Assembly (NCBI GenBank): GCA_031266895.1
Contig: JAISAD010000020.1
Coordinates: forward strand, 1 to 28,155
Origin: Bacteroidales bacterium
GTDB lineage: Bacteria > Bacteroidota > Bacteroidia > Bacteroidales > WCHB1-69
Direction: 5' to 3'
Length of the DNA: 28,155 nucleotides
Part shown: positions 1 to 8,333 of the stretch, piece by piece
Numbering within the stretch: position 1 is the stretch's first letter
Layout: the number at the start of each line of letters is the position of its first letter
Program-made: the position numbers and the translations under genes
The notes under the pieces: generated by a model
The model's database searches: none
What the model was told of the DNA's origin: nothing
What the model saw: the letters and a program-made list of their open reading frames with translations, nothing else

Positions 1-379
1 GTTGCTGGATGAGGCGATGACTGCACACTTTCCCCCACCCGCTGTTCCTGCCTTACCCGCGCAGGAAAGGGAAGACGCGCAGGGAAATAAAAAAACAGAG
101 AGTCTCGCGCAGGGCAAGGCGGAAAACCTGCCAATCTTTAAAGTGTACTGCAACAAGACTACCAATAGAATCCTGCAGGACATTGGCAGGAGCTGCGGCA
201 TCGGCACCCATCTCACCTGCCACGTGGCGCGGCACACCTTTGCCACCCTCTCCCTGCAGCTGGGCATTCCGATAGAGGTAGTGAGCAGGCTGCTGGGGCA
301 CACCAGCCTGAAAACTACCCTAATCTACGCCAAAGTCGTGGATGAGGTCAAGGTGAGAGAGATGAAGAAGTGGGATTGA
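1..379. repeat. Left arm of an inverted repeat that pairs with 27777-28155. It coincides exactly with the recombinase coding sequence.
   Basis: The reverse complement of 28081-28155 is identical to 1-75. The few mismatches further in include ggcaaggcggaaaacctgcc versus ggcaagggggaaaccctgcc. Similarity ends right after the shared gtgggattga stop. Confidence 0.9.
2..379 (+). CDS. Tyrosine recombinase/integrase, C-terminal catalytic part. The 5' end of the gene lies upstream of the window.
   Basis: The translation HVARHTFATLSLQLGIPIEVVSRLLGHTSLKTTLIYAKV carries the conserved R, H-x-x-R and LGH...Y catalytic residues of phage-integrase-family recombinases. The stop codon TGA is at 377-379. Confidence 0.85.
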   Translation: MLDEAMTAHFPPPAVPALPAQEREDAQGNKKTESLAQGKAENLPIFKVYCNKTTNRILQDIGRSCGIGTHLTCHVARHTFATLSLQLGIPIEVVSRLLGHTSLKTTLIYAKVVDEVKVREMKKWD

Positions 380-419
380 GTATAAAAATATATTTTTCGA
401 CTGTTTATCTAACAATTTT

Positions 420-2444
420 TTAATACTCCTTAATCATGATTTCTATCTCCTTAATTTCATCGCGCAGTTGAGCAGCTTGCATAAAATCGAGGGCTTTTAC
501 GGCCTTCTCCATCTCTTTGCGCAACTGTTTCAGGCGCACTTGCAACTGCTCTTTGTTGAGCATTTTTGCCATGGGACGTTCAGCCGCCTCAAAACCTTGT
601 TCTTCTTTCATAACGTAGGTGGAGGAAAAACGCCGTTTCTGTCCATCCTTATAAGCAAGTGAAGGCATTTCTTCCGATTTTGATACTCCTTTTGGAGTAA
701 TATTATGCGCTTCATTATAAGCCATTTGCTTGGTGCGGCGGCGGTTAGTTTCATCCATAGTAGCCTGCATGGACTGAGTAACTTTATTGGCATAAAAAAT
801 TACGTGTCCGTTAAGATGACGCGCCGCCCGTCCTGCCGTTTGGGTAAGCGAGCGCTCATTGCGCAAAAAGCCCTCTTTGTCGGCATCCATAATGGCTACC
901 AACGACACTTCAGGCAAGTCTAACCCCTCGCGCAGCAGATTTACGCCCACCAACACGTCAATAGCGCCAAAACGCAGGTCTTTAAGAATTTCAACCCGCT
1001 CCAGAGTTTCTATATCTGAATGAATGTATTGTGTTTTAACGCCTATTCGTATCAGATATGACGACAACTCCTCTGCCATGCGCTTGGTAAGCGTGGTAAC
1101 CAGCACCCGCTCGCCTTTACTTACTGTCAACTCAATTTCCTCCAACAGGTCGTCCACCTGATTGTCGGCAGGGCGCACCTCAATAGGCGGGTCAAGAAGA
1201 CCGGTAGGACGTACAATTTGTTCCACAATTATGCCGCCCGATTTCTCCAGTTCGTACTTGGCCGGCGTGGCACTCACATAAATAGTTTGTCCAACCAGCA
1301 TTTCAAATTCATGAAAACGCAACGGACGATTGTCTAAAGCCGCCGGCAGTCGGAATCCATAGTCAACCAAATTAATTTTGCGGGAACGATCACCTCCAAA
1401 CATTGCCCCAATTTGCGACACGGTAACATGGCTTTCGTCAATCACTGTGATGAAATCATCGGGAAAAAAGTCTAAAACACAAAAAGGACGATCTCCCGGA
1501 TTACGCCCGTCGAAATAACGAGAATAATTTTCAATGCCCGAACAATAGCCCAGTTCCTTCATCATCTCTACATCATAGTTTACGCGATCTTCCAACCGCT
1601 TTGCTTCCAAATGCTTATCAAGCAATTTTAGATACTCGATTTGCATGCCCAGATCTAATTTAATTTGATTAATGGCATGGTTCATAGAATCTTGCGAAGT
1701 AACAAAAAGATTGGCAGGATAGACCGTAAGACTGTCTAAAGATTGAATTTTTGCCCCATTGCCGGGTTCAATTTCAGCAATGGATTCAATTTCGTTTTCC
1801 CAAAAAATAATTCGGTAGGCATTGTCATTGTAAGGCGGAAAAATATCGACCGTATCGCCTTTCACACGGAATTTGGCCGGTTCGAGTGTTACTTCCGTAC
1901 GCGAATAGAGGCTATTGACAAACGCATAAAGCAGCTGATTTCTGTCAATAACTTTGCCGGTATGAATATTAATGACATTTTTAGCAAAGTCGTCAGGGTT
2001 TCCAATGCCATAAATACATGATACGGAGGCCACTACAATCACATCACGCCTTCCGGAAAGCAGTGTTGAGGTGGTTCTGAGTCTTAATTTTTCGATCTCA
2101 TCATTAATTGAAAGGTCTTTTTCAATATAGGTATTGGTGGTCGGAAGATAGGCCTCCGGCTGGTAATAGTCATAGTAAGAGACAAAATATTCTACCGCAT
2201 TTTGTGGAAAAAACTGCTTAAATTCGCTATAAAGTTGAGCAGCCAGCGTCTTATTGTGGCTCAAAATCAGTGCCGGCCGTTGCACCTCTTGGAGCATGTT
2301 GGCAATGGTAAACGTTTTGCCAGAGCCAGTAACACCCAGCAATGTTTGCGCTGCATCGCCCCGCTGCAACCCTTCTACCAATTGTCGGATAGCGGAAGGC
2401 TGATCGCCACTTGGTTGAAAACGAGACTCTAATTTAAAATTCAT
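420..2444 (-). CDS. uvrB: Excinuclease ABC subunit B
   Basis: The N-terminus PSGDQPSAIRQLVEGL...LLGVTGSGKTFTIAN...AVEYFVSYYDYYQPEAY is collinear with E. coli UvrB. A C-terminal UVR domain reads QLRDEIKEIE. Length is 674 aa. Confidence 0.95.
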   Translation of the reverse strand: MNFKLESRFQPSGDQPSAIRQLVEGLQRGDAAQTLLGVTGSGKTFTIANMLQEVQRPALILSHNKTLAAQLYSEFKQFFPQNAVEYFVSYYDYYQPEAYLPTTNTYIEKDLSINDEIEKLRLRTTSTLLSGRRDVIVVASVSCIYGIGNPDDFAKNVINIHTGKVIDRNQLLYAFVNSLYSRTEVTLEPAKFRVKGDTVDIFPPYNDNAYRIIFWENEIESIAEIEPGNGAKIQSLDSLTVYPANLFVTSQDSMNHAINQIKLDLGMQIEYLKLLDKHLEAKRLEDRVNYDVEMMKELGYCSGIENYSRYFDGRNPGDRPFCVLDFFPDDFITVIDESHVTVSQIGAMFGGDRSRKINLVDYGFRLPAALDNRPLRFHEFEMLVGQTIYVSATPAKYELEKSGGIIVEQIVRPTGLLDPPIEVRPADNQVDDLLEEIELTVSKGERVLVTTLTKRMAEELSSYLIRIGVKTQYIHSDIETLERVEILKDLRFGAIDVLVGVNLLREGLDLPEVSLVAIMDADKEGFLRNERSLTQTAGRAARHLNGHVIFYANKVTQSMQATMDETNRRRTKQMAYNEAHNITPKGVSKSEEMPSLAYKDGQKRRFSSTYVMKEEQGFEAAERPMAKMLNKEQLQVRLKQLRKEMEKAVKALDFMQAAQLRDEIKEIEIMIKEY

Positions 2445-2730
2445 TGAACATTTTATGAACAGGATTATTTACTGCAAATATTTTATTTAATATTTGCAGA
2501 TTTGATATTTTTACAGATTTTTGGCCTTTAAAATTTACCAATAAAATGCAACTGGGCAAATCGTTTCTGGCAATAGTCGTGTTAAATGCAACTCCGGTAT
2601 TATGACTGCCTTCGTGAGCTTCCACATTACGGGTTTTAATATCCTCGATAAACATATACTGTTCACCAGGAGCCAACATTATGGCTTGACGTGCGCCGGA
2701 AAAATTCATCTCTTCATTTTTTACATGCAA
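2434..2730 (-). CDS. Hypothetical 98-aa ORF upstream of uvrB, overlapping it. It may be spurious and the region may be regulatory instead.
   Basis: It is the only ORF in the 545-bp uvrB-nfeD spacer and has no motif I recognise. An 11-bp perfect palindrome sits inside its 3' part. Confidence 0.25.
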   Translation of the reverse strand: MHVKNEEMNFSGARQAIMLAPGEQYMFIEDIKTRNVEAHEGSHNTGVAFNTTIARNDLPSCILLVNFKGQKSVKISNLQILNKIFAVNNPVHKMFNEF

Positions 2731-2923
2731 ATACGTGTTTTTGTGCGTAAATTCCGAAATGAGTTAAAGTAGCTACTATTGGTGTTCCAAAGTAAAACCA
2801 ACTTTCTCAGTTAAGCGGAAAATCATTATCATCCAATTATTATAACTTTTATGATTTTAAAATTAAAGTGCAAAGATACAAAAAAACGGGTAAAAAAAAC
2901 AAAATAATTGTTCTGACAGTTAT

Positions 2924-2962
2924 TTTTTTGATGTGCTATGAAAAAAAATCTTACTTTTGCAA
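2924..2962 (+). promoter_or_regulatory. Putative Bacteroidetes sigma-A promoter for the nfeD-flotillin operon, with a TAnnTTTG -7 core
   Basis: TACTTTTG is at 2952-2959, about 33 nt before the ATG at 2992. A TTTG is at 2927-2930, about 21 nt upstream. The tcttacttttgcaa 14-mer also occurs before the N-acyltransferase gene. Confidence 0.35.
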
Positions 2963-2991
2963 TAATTTTATGAACACAAAATAAGAAAAAT

Positions 2992-3555
2992 ATGGAATGG
3001 TTAAATTCATTGGAAGCGGTGCTTAAAATTTATTGGATTATCGCAGGAACGGCTTCTTTAATATTTGTAATCCAAATGATTATGACTTTTATAGGGATGG
3101 ACAGCCATGATGGATTGAACGCTGATTTTGACGGCGATACTTCAATGGATGGCCCTTTTCAATTCTTTTCATTGCGCAATTTAGTGAATTTTTTCTTAGG
3201 TTTCGGCTGGGGCGGTGTCTGTTTTTACAACACTTTTGAAGCCAAAATTTGGGTGTCACTCTGTGCCGTTATCACCGGTATTCTCTTTGTACTGCTTTTC
3301 TTTTTATTGATAAAAGCGTTGCTTAAACTCAACAAAGACAATACATTCCATATCGAAAATACACTTAATCAAACTGCTGATGTCTATTTGGCCATTCCTG
3401 CTGAAAAATCAGGCAAAGGCATTATCCAAATCAGCGTAAAGGGGTCGGTGCATGAAATTGCTGCCCTGACCAACCAGGAAAAAATAGCGACCGGCGCCAA
3501 AGTACATGTGGTCGAAATTATTGATAATCAAACTGTTTTAGTAACTAAAATTTAA
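2992..3555 (+). CDS. NfeD-like membrane protein (YuaF/NfeD2 type) with a C-terminal OB-fold domain
   Basis: It has N-terminal transmembrane helices and a C-terminal KGIIQISVKGSVHEIAALTNQEKIATGAKVHVVEIIDNQTVLV beta-barrel. It is followed 5 nt later by an SPFH/flotillin gene, the canonical NfeD-SPFH operon arrangement. Confidence 0.7.
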   Translation: MEWLNSLEAVLKIYWIIAGTASLIFVIQMIMTFIGMDSHDGLNADFDGDTSMDGPFQFFSLRNLVNFFLGFGWGGVCFYNTFEAKIWVSLCAVITGILFVLLFFLLIKALLKLNKDNTFHIENTLNQTADVYLAIPAEKSGKGIIQISVKGSVHEIAALTNQEKIATGAKVHVVEIIDNQTVLVTKI

Positions 3556-3560
3556 ATCTC

Positions 3561-5087
3561 ATGAATCCTGTCTATTTAATTGTCATTGCTGTCGTAGTCG
3601 GCTTTATCCTGATTATGGCGCTTGTTTCACGTTATAAACGCTGTCCATCCGACAAAATTTTGGTGGTTTACGGCAATACCGGCGGCTCCTCTGCGAAGTG
3701 TATTCACGGCGGCGGCGCTTTTATATGGCCGGTCATTCAAGATTATGCCTTTCTTGATTTGAAACCTATTTCCATTGAGGCTAATCTTACCAATGCGCTC
3801 AGTAAGCAAAATATCCGCGTGGATGTACCCTGCCGTTTCACAATCGCCATTTCTACCGAAGCACAACACATGAATTCTGCCGCCGAAAGGCTATTGGGAC
3901 TTAGTCCGTCGCAAATTCAGGAATTGGCTAAAGACATGCTTTTCGGACAGTTACGTCTTGTAATTGCCACAATGACCATTGAGGAAATTAATTCAGATCG
4001 AGACAAGTTTTTAGACAATATTTCTAACAATGTAGATACCGAATTGCGCAAAATCGGATTAAAGCTTATCAATGTGAATGTTACCGACATCACAGACGAG
4101 TCAGGCTATATTGTGGCACTGGGTCAGGAAGCTGCTGCAAGGGCTATTAATGAAGCCAAAATTTCGGTAGCCGAACAGGAAAAGATAGGCGAAACCGGTA
4201 AGGCCAATGCCGACCGTGAGCGTGATACGCAGATTGCCGAAACGTTGCGAGACAGGGACGTGAAAATTGCTATAACCAAGAAAGACAAAGAGATAAGCAT
4301 TGCTGCTGCGATAAAAGACGAGTCGATTGGAAAAGCGGAAGCCGAGCGTGATACGCGCGTGAAGACCTCCGAAGCGAATGCAATTGCCATTCAGGGCGAA
4401 AACGCGGCGAAAGTGCAAATTGCTAATTCCGACGCTGCCCGCCGCGAAAAAGAAGCTGAAGCATTGCGTCTGGCTATTGCTGCCGAAAAGGTGCAACAGG
4501 CCAAGGCGCTCGAAGAGTCTTATTTAGCCGAACAGAAAGCCGAAACGGTACGACAGGAACGGGAGCGTGCTTCTCAGGTGGCCAATATTGTGGTGCCTGC
4601 TGAGATTGCCAAGCAGAAAGCTATTATTGACGCCGAAGCACAGGCTGAAAAATTGCGCGTGAACGCCAAAGGAGAAGCGGATGCTATTTTTGCCAAAATG
4701 GAAGCCGAAGCTAAAGGTCTTTATGAGATTTTGACCAAACAGGCACAAGGCTATGAAAAGGTAGTGCAAGCTGCCGGCGATGCACAAAATGCTTATCAAT
4801 TGCTGCTTATCGAAAAATTACCTGAATTGGTTAAAACTCAGGTAGAGGCTATCAAGAATATTAAAATTGACAAAATTACCGTTTGGGATAGCGCTAACGG
4901 TGGCGAAAGCAATACCACAACCGCCAGTTTTATTGCCGGTTTAATGAAAGCCGTTCCTCCTCTCAACGACCTGTTTAACCAGGCCGGCATGGATTTGCCC
5001 GACTATCTGGGCAAGTCGAAAGCACTAAAAGAGATGCAAAAAACGGAAAAGCCTAAAGAAGAACCTAAAAATAAGAAGCAAGAGTAG
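3561..5087 (+). CDS. floT: Flotillin-like SPFH/Band-7 protein (FloT/YuaG type)
   Basis: It has an N-terminal transmembrane segment, an SPFH core, and a long Ala/Glu-rich coiled-coil (EAERDTRVKTSEANAIAIQGENAAKVQIANSDAARREKEAEALRLAIAAEK). Length is 508 aa. Confidence 0.85.
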   Translation: MNPVYLIVIAVVVGFILIMALVSRYKRCPSDKILVVYGNTGGSSAKCIHGGGAFIWPVIQDYAFLDLKPISIEANLTNALSKQNIRVDVPCRFTIAISTEAQHMNSAAERLLGLSPSQIQELAKDMLFGQLRLVIATMTIEEINSDRDKFLDNISNNVDTELRKIGLKLINVNVTDITDESGYIVALGQEAAARAINEAKISVAEQEKIGETGKANADRERDTQIAETLRDRDVKIAITKKDKEISIAAAIKDESIGKAEAERDTRVKTSEANAIAIQGENAAKVQIANSDAARREKEAEALRLAIAAEKVQQAKALEESYLAEQKAETVRQERERASQVANIVVPAEIAKQKAIIDAEAQAEKLRVNAKGEADAIFAKMEAEAKGLYEILTKQAQGYEKVVQAAGDAQNAYQLLLIEKLPELVKTQVEAIKNIKIDKITVWDSANGGESNTTTASFIAGLMKAVPPLNDLFNQAGMDLPDYLGKSKALKEMQKTEKPKEEPKNKKQE

Positions 5088-5163
5088 ATTTGATGATAAT
5101 AACCGTACTTGTTCCGTTTTGAGATAACCTATTTAAACTTATTTCAAGACGAAGCATGGTTGT

Positions 5164-5532
5164 TTAGCTATTCAAATAATCCTCTTCCACAGTTACGGAA
5201 ACCGACTCCGTTTTGCCTCCAATTGAAGGATTTAGTTTATAAACGGTAACGGTAGCGTATGCAATTTGCGGAAAAACCGCTTTCAATTGCGTTAAAATGC
5301 GATAGGCAATAGATTCCAAAATATTGGCCGGGTGGCTGATAATTTTTTTGATTTCGGCGTAAACTTGCTGATAATTAATCGTTTTACAAATATCATCGGT
5401 AACAGCAGCCTCTTCAGCATGACATACCAAAACGGTATCTATTTTAAATCGAGTGCCGATAATTTTTTCCTCTTGAAAACAGCCATGATAGGCATAAAAT
5501 TCCATGCCTTTAAGAGAAATGGTATATTTCAT
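5164..5532 (-). CDS. folB: Dihydroneopterin aldolase
   Basis: MKYTISLKGMEFYAYHGCFQEEKIIGTRFKIDTVL resembles the FolB N-terminus (GLEFYAYHG...E.GQ.F). It is about 122 aa when started at the internal ATG at 5532. The ORF extension up to 5670 has no similarity. Confidence 0.75.
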   Translation of the reverse strand: MKYTISLKGMEFYAYHGCFQEEKIIGTRFKIDTVLVCHAEEAAVTDDICKTINYQQVYAEIKKIISHPANILESIAYRILTQLKAVFPQIAYATVTVYKLNPSIGGKTESVSVTVEEDYLNS

Positions 5533-5552
5533 ACGATATGATTTTTGTAAAA

Positions 5553-5598
5553 TGCAAAAATACGAAAATACGTTATATCTTTTTTTGTATTTTTGCAA
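5553..5598. promoter_or_regulatory. Mirror-symmetric divergent promoter pair for folB (minus) and apt (plus)
   Basis: TATTTTTG is at 5588-5595 on the plus strand and at 5562-5555 on the minus strand. They form the inverted repeat tgcaaaaatac ... gtatttttgca. The distances to the two ATGs at 5615 and 5532 are appropriate. Confidence 0.4.
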
Positions 5599-5614
5599 AA
5601 TCAAATTTTTGGCA

Positions 5615-6127
5615 ATGATAGATGTAAACAAAGTAAGAATTGTAGAAGATTTTCCTGAAAAGGGCATCAAATTTTATGATATTACGACAATTCTTAATGA
5701 CCCGGAAACTTTTGACGGGATATTCCAAACTTTGGTAGCTGCAGCCCGACAGTTGAATCCCGAAGTGATTGTGGGTTTGGAGGCACGTGGCTTTTATTTT
5801 GCGCCTGCATTGGCACTGGAACTGAAGATACCATTTGCCCCTATTCGTAAAAAGGGAAAATTACCTTACAAAACTTATAGTGAATCTTACGCTCTGGAGT
5901 ATGGAACTGCTCAAATTGAGATACATCAGGATGCCATGCCTTTCGGAAAGCGTGTGTTGATTTTGGATGATATTCTGGCTACTGGCGGTACAGCAAGTGC
6001 AGCGGCGCGATTAGTCGAAAATTTTAAACCGATTTCTGTCAACTATCTCTTTTTTATGGAATTAACAAGTTTGGCAGGCCGAAAAAAATTGGGCAATGCC
6101 CCGATTAGAACACTGGTTTCTATTTGA
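5615..6127 (+). CDS. apt: Adenine phosphoribosyltransferase
   Basis: The sequence IVEDFPEKGIKFYDIT...VIVGLEARGFYFAPALA...VLILDDILATGGTASA contains the PRPP-binding motif. It is about 170 aa from the ATG at 5615. The upstream part of the ORF is probably leader. Confidence 0.85.
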   Translation: MIDVNKVRIVEDFPEKGIKFYDITTILNDPETFDGIFQTLVAAARQLNPEVIVGLEARGFYFAPALALELKIPFAPIRKKGKLPYKTYSESYALEYGTAQIEIHQDAMPFGKRVLILDDILATGGTASAAARLVENFKPISVNYLFFMELTSLAGRKKLGNAPIRTLVSI

Positions 6128-6167
6128 TTTTTTGCAGAAAATATATAATCTTAAAAACATAAATTTT

Positions 6168-7193
6168 ATGGAGAATATTGATTGGAAGAATTTAACCTTT
6201 GGTTATCTCAAAACTAATTACAACATTCGTTGTTATTTTAAAGACGGAAAATGGAGCGATTTGGAAATCAGCGACTCAGAAAAATTTTCAATTCATATAG
6301 CGGCAACTTGTTTGCACTATGGACAAGAGGCTTTTGAGGGATTAAAAGCTTTCAGAGGCAAAGATGGCAAAGTGCGCCTGTTCCGGTGGGATGAAAACAG
6401 CAAGCGGCTTCAAAATTCCGCCGAAGCGGTGATGATGCAACCTGTTCCCAATGAAATTTTTAAAAAGGCAGTAATTGAAGCGGTAAAAATGAACGCTAAC
6501 TTTATCCCGCCTTACGGTACGAATGGTTCATTATACATACGACCCTTATTGATTGGCACAGGCGAACGTATTGGCGTAAAGCCGGCCGACGAATACACCT
6601 TTATTGTTTTTGTATCGCCGGTAGGGCCCTATTTTAAAGAGGGATTTCGTCCGGTAAAAATGCAGATTGCCCGTGATTATGATCGCGCTGCTCCTCTGGG
6701 AACCGGTCATGTGAAAATTGGAGGTAACTATGCTGCCAGCTTGCGCGCCAGCGAAAGAGCACATCATGAAGGCTTTTCTTCCTGTTTTTTCCTGGATTCT
6801 AAAACCAAAACCAAAATTGATGAAGCCGGTCCGGCTAATTTCTTTGCCATTAAAAATGGGGTCTATATCACCCCAAAATCACCCTCCATTTTACCCTCTA
6901 TTACCAATATGAGTCTCAGGGTTTTAGCTGCTGAATTAGGATTAAAGGTGGAAGAACGGGATATTATGGTGGACGAGTTGAATTCCTTTGAAGAAGGAGG
7001 TGCTTGCGGCACGGCAGCCGTTATTTCACCTATTAGCGAAATTCAAGATAGAGAAACCGGCGCAGTTTATAAATTTGCTTCCGGCAACAAAGAGGCCGGC
7101 CAGTGGTGTAAAAAACTGTATGAAAGATTGCAAGGCATTCAATACGGCGAATATCCCGACACCCACAACTGGTGCCTGGAAATTGAGTGCTAA
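6168..7193 (+). CDS. ilvE: Branched-chain amino acid aminotransferase (fold type IV)
   Basis: The sequence FGYLKTNYNIRCYF...HYGQEAFEGLKAFRGKDGKVRLFR...SLYIRPLLIG is typical of BCAT. It is 341 aa from the ATG at 6168. Confidence 0.85.
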   Translation: MENIDWKNLTFGYLKTNYNIRCYFKDGKWSDLEISDSEKFSIHIAATCLHYGQEAFEGLKAFRGKDGKVRLFRWDENSKRLQNSAEAVMMQPVPNEIFKKAVIEAVKMNANFIPPYGTNGSLYIRPLLIGTGERIGVKPADEYTFIVFVSPVGPYFKEGFRPVKMQIARDYDRAAPLGTGHVKIGGNYAASLRASERAHHEGFSSCFFLDSKTKTKIDEAGPANFFAIKNGVYITPKSPSILPSITNMSLRVLAAELGLKVEERDIMVDELNSFEEGGACGTAAVISPISEIQDRETGAVYKFASGNKEAGQWCKKLYERLQGIQYGEYPDTHNWCLEIEC

Positions 7194-7226
7194 CGGCAAG
7201 TTAGCCAGCTCGTCATTTATATCGTT

Positions 7227-8333
7227 TTAAGATATTAATCCTATTATTTCATTGAAAATCAAATTGATAGCATTTGGCTTGGCGAATTGCTTAATGTTGA
7301 TTTTCAAAGTTTGGCACAGGCTTTCGTTATGAATTAATTCCAGCAGTTGCGGCAGCAATTGAGTGTCAATACAACTATCGGGGATAAGGCAAGCTGCCTG
7401 GTGGTTGGCCAAGGCTTGGGCGTTTTTGGTTTGGTGGTCTTCGGCAGCAAAGGGGAATGGCACCAATAAGGCAGATGCACCCACCACGGCCAATTCGGCA
7501 ATAGCTAACGCACCCGCCCGAGACACAATAATATCAGCCACACTATAAGCATAATTCATATTATAAATAAAAGGCATAATTTTGATTTGTGCAGCCTCCA
7601 GTTTTGTAAGTTTCTCTTCATGGGCATTATAATACTGTTCTCCGGTCTGCCAAATCAATTGTATTTGCTCTTTTTTCAATGTCGGGAGCGACTGCACTAT
7701 ACATTCGTTGATAGCATGTGCTCCTAAACTGCCTCCCATAATCAGTACTGTTTTTATCCCTTTTTGTAAGCCGAAAAAACGATAAGCATCCTCATTTTTA
7801 TACTGAATATCAAGCAATTCTGCACGTATAGGATTACCGGTAAACACAATTTTTGAGGCAGGAAAATATTTTTCCAGCCCCTCATAGGCTACGCAAATTT
7901 TCCGTACTTTTTTGGCCAGCAACTTATTGGTAATGCCCGGATAGGAATTTTGTTCCTGAATAAGCGCCGGTACTCCCAGCGAAATAGCTGCTCGCAATGC
8001 TGGACCACTGGCAAATCCTCCCACGCCAATGGCCACGTCGGGTTTAAAGTTCCGAATGGTTTTGTGTGCCTTACGCATACTTTTCAGCAGCACAAAAGGC
8101 AATTTCAAGTTATGCCACAACCCTTTGAACGACAAGCTGCGGCTAATGCCGTAAATATCCAAACCCACAATGGGATAGCCGGCCTCAGGGACTCGCTTCA
8201 TCTCCATTTTTCGATTCGACCCGATAAAAAGAATCTCCGCATCCGGCATAGTGCTCTTGATGCGATTCGCTATGGCTATGGCGGGAAAAATGTGCCCGCC
8301 AGTGCCTCCGCCTGAAATTAAAAATCGTTTCAT
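7227..8333 (-). CDS. murG: UDP-GlcNAc:undecaprenyl-PP-MurNAc-pentapeptide GlcNAc transferase (GT28)
   Basis: It has the N-terminal ISGGGTGGHIFPAIAIA motif, then LIQEQN, GNPIR, IMGGSLGA and a C-terminal RAGALAIAELA...LLVPFP...EDHQTKNAQAL. This is collinear with E. coli MurG. It is 369 aa from the ATG at 8333. Confidence 0.8.
   Translation of the reverse strand: MKRFLISGGGTGGHIFPAIAIANRIKSTMPDAEILFIGSNRKMEMKRVPEAGYPIVGLDIYGISRSLSFKGLWHNLKLPFVLLKSMRKAHKTIRNFKPDVAIGVGGFASGPALRAAISLGVPALIQEQNSYPGITNKLLAKKVRKICVAYEGLEKYFPASKIVFTGNPIRAELLDIQYKNEDAYRFFGLQKGIKTVLIMGGSLGAHAINECIVQSLPTLKKEQIQLIWQTGEQYYNAHEEKLTKLEAAQIKIMPFIYNMNYAYSVADIIVSRAGALAIAELAVVGASALLVPFPFAAEDHQTKNAQALANHQAACLIPDSCIDTQLLPQLLELIHNESLCQTLKINIKQFAKPNAINLIFNEIIGLIS

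Noticed and set aside
53-301. An 82-aa antisense ORF inside each recombinase fragment (53-301 on minus, 27855-28103 on plus)
   Set aside because: They are mirror artefacts of the same repeated sequence and lie antisense to a well-supported catalytic domain.
384-397. A perfect 14-bp palindrome aaaaatatattttt between the recombinase stop and the uvrB stop
   Set aside because: It is all A/T. Palindromes of this size are expected by chance several times in 28 kb of AT-rich DNA. It has no GC stem, so it would be a poor terminator.
2768-2777. A 10-bp palindrome agtagctact
   Set aside because: No-spacer 10-bp palindromes are expected about 25 times by chance in a window of this size.
4101-4799. 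Three minus-strand ORFs (4101-4496, 4124-4390, 4524-4799) inside the flotillin gene
   Set aside because: They are antisense to a repetitive GC-richer Ala/Glu coiled-coil coding region. Such regions routinely lack stops on the opposite strand. Their translations are low-complexity.
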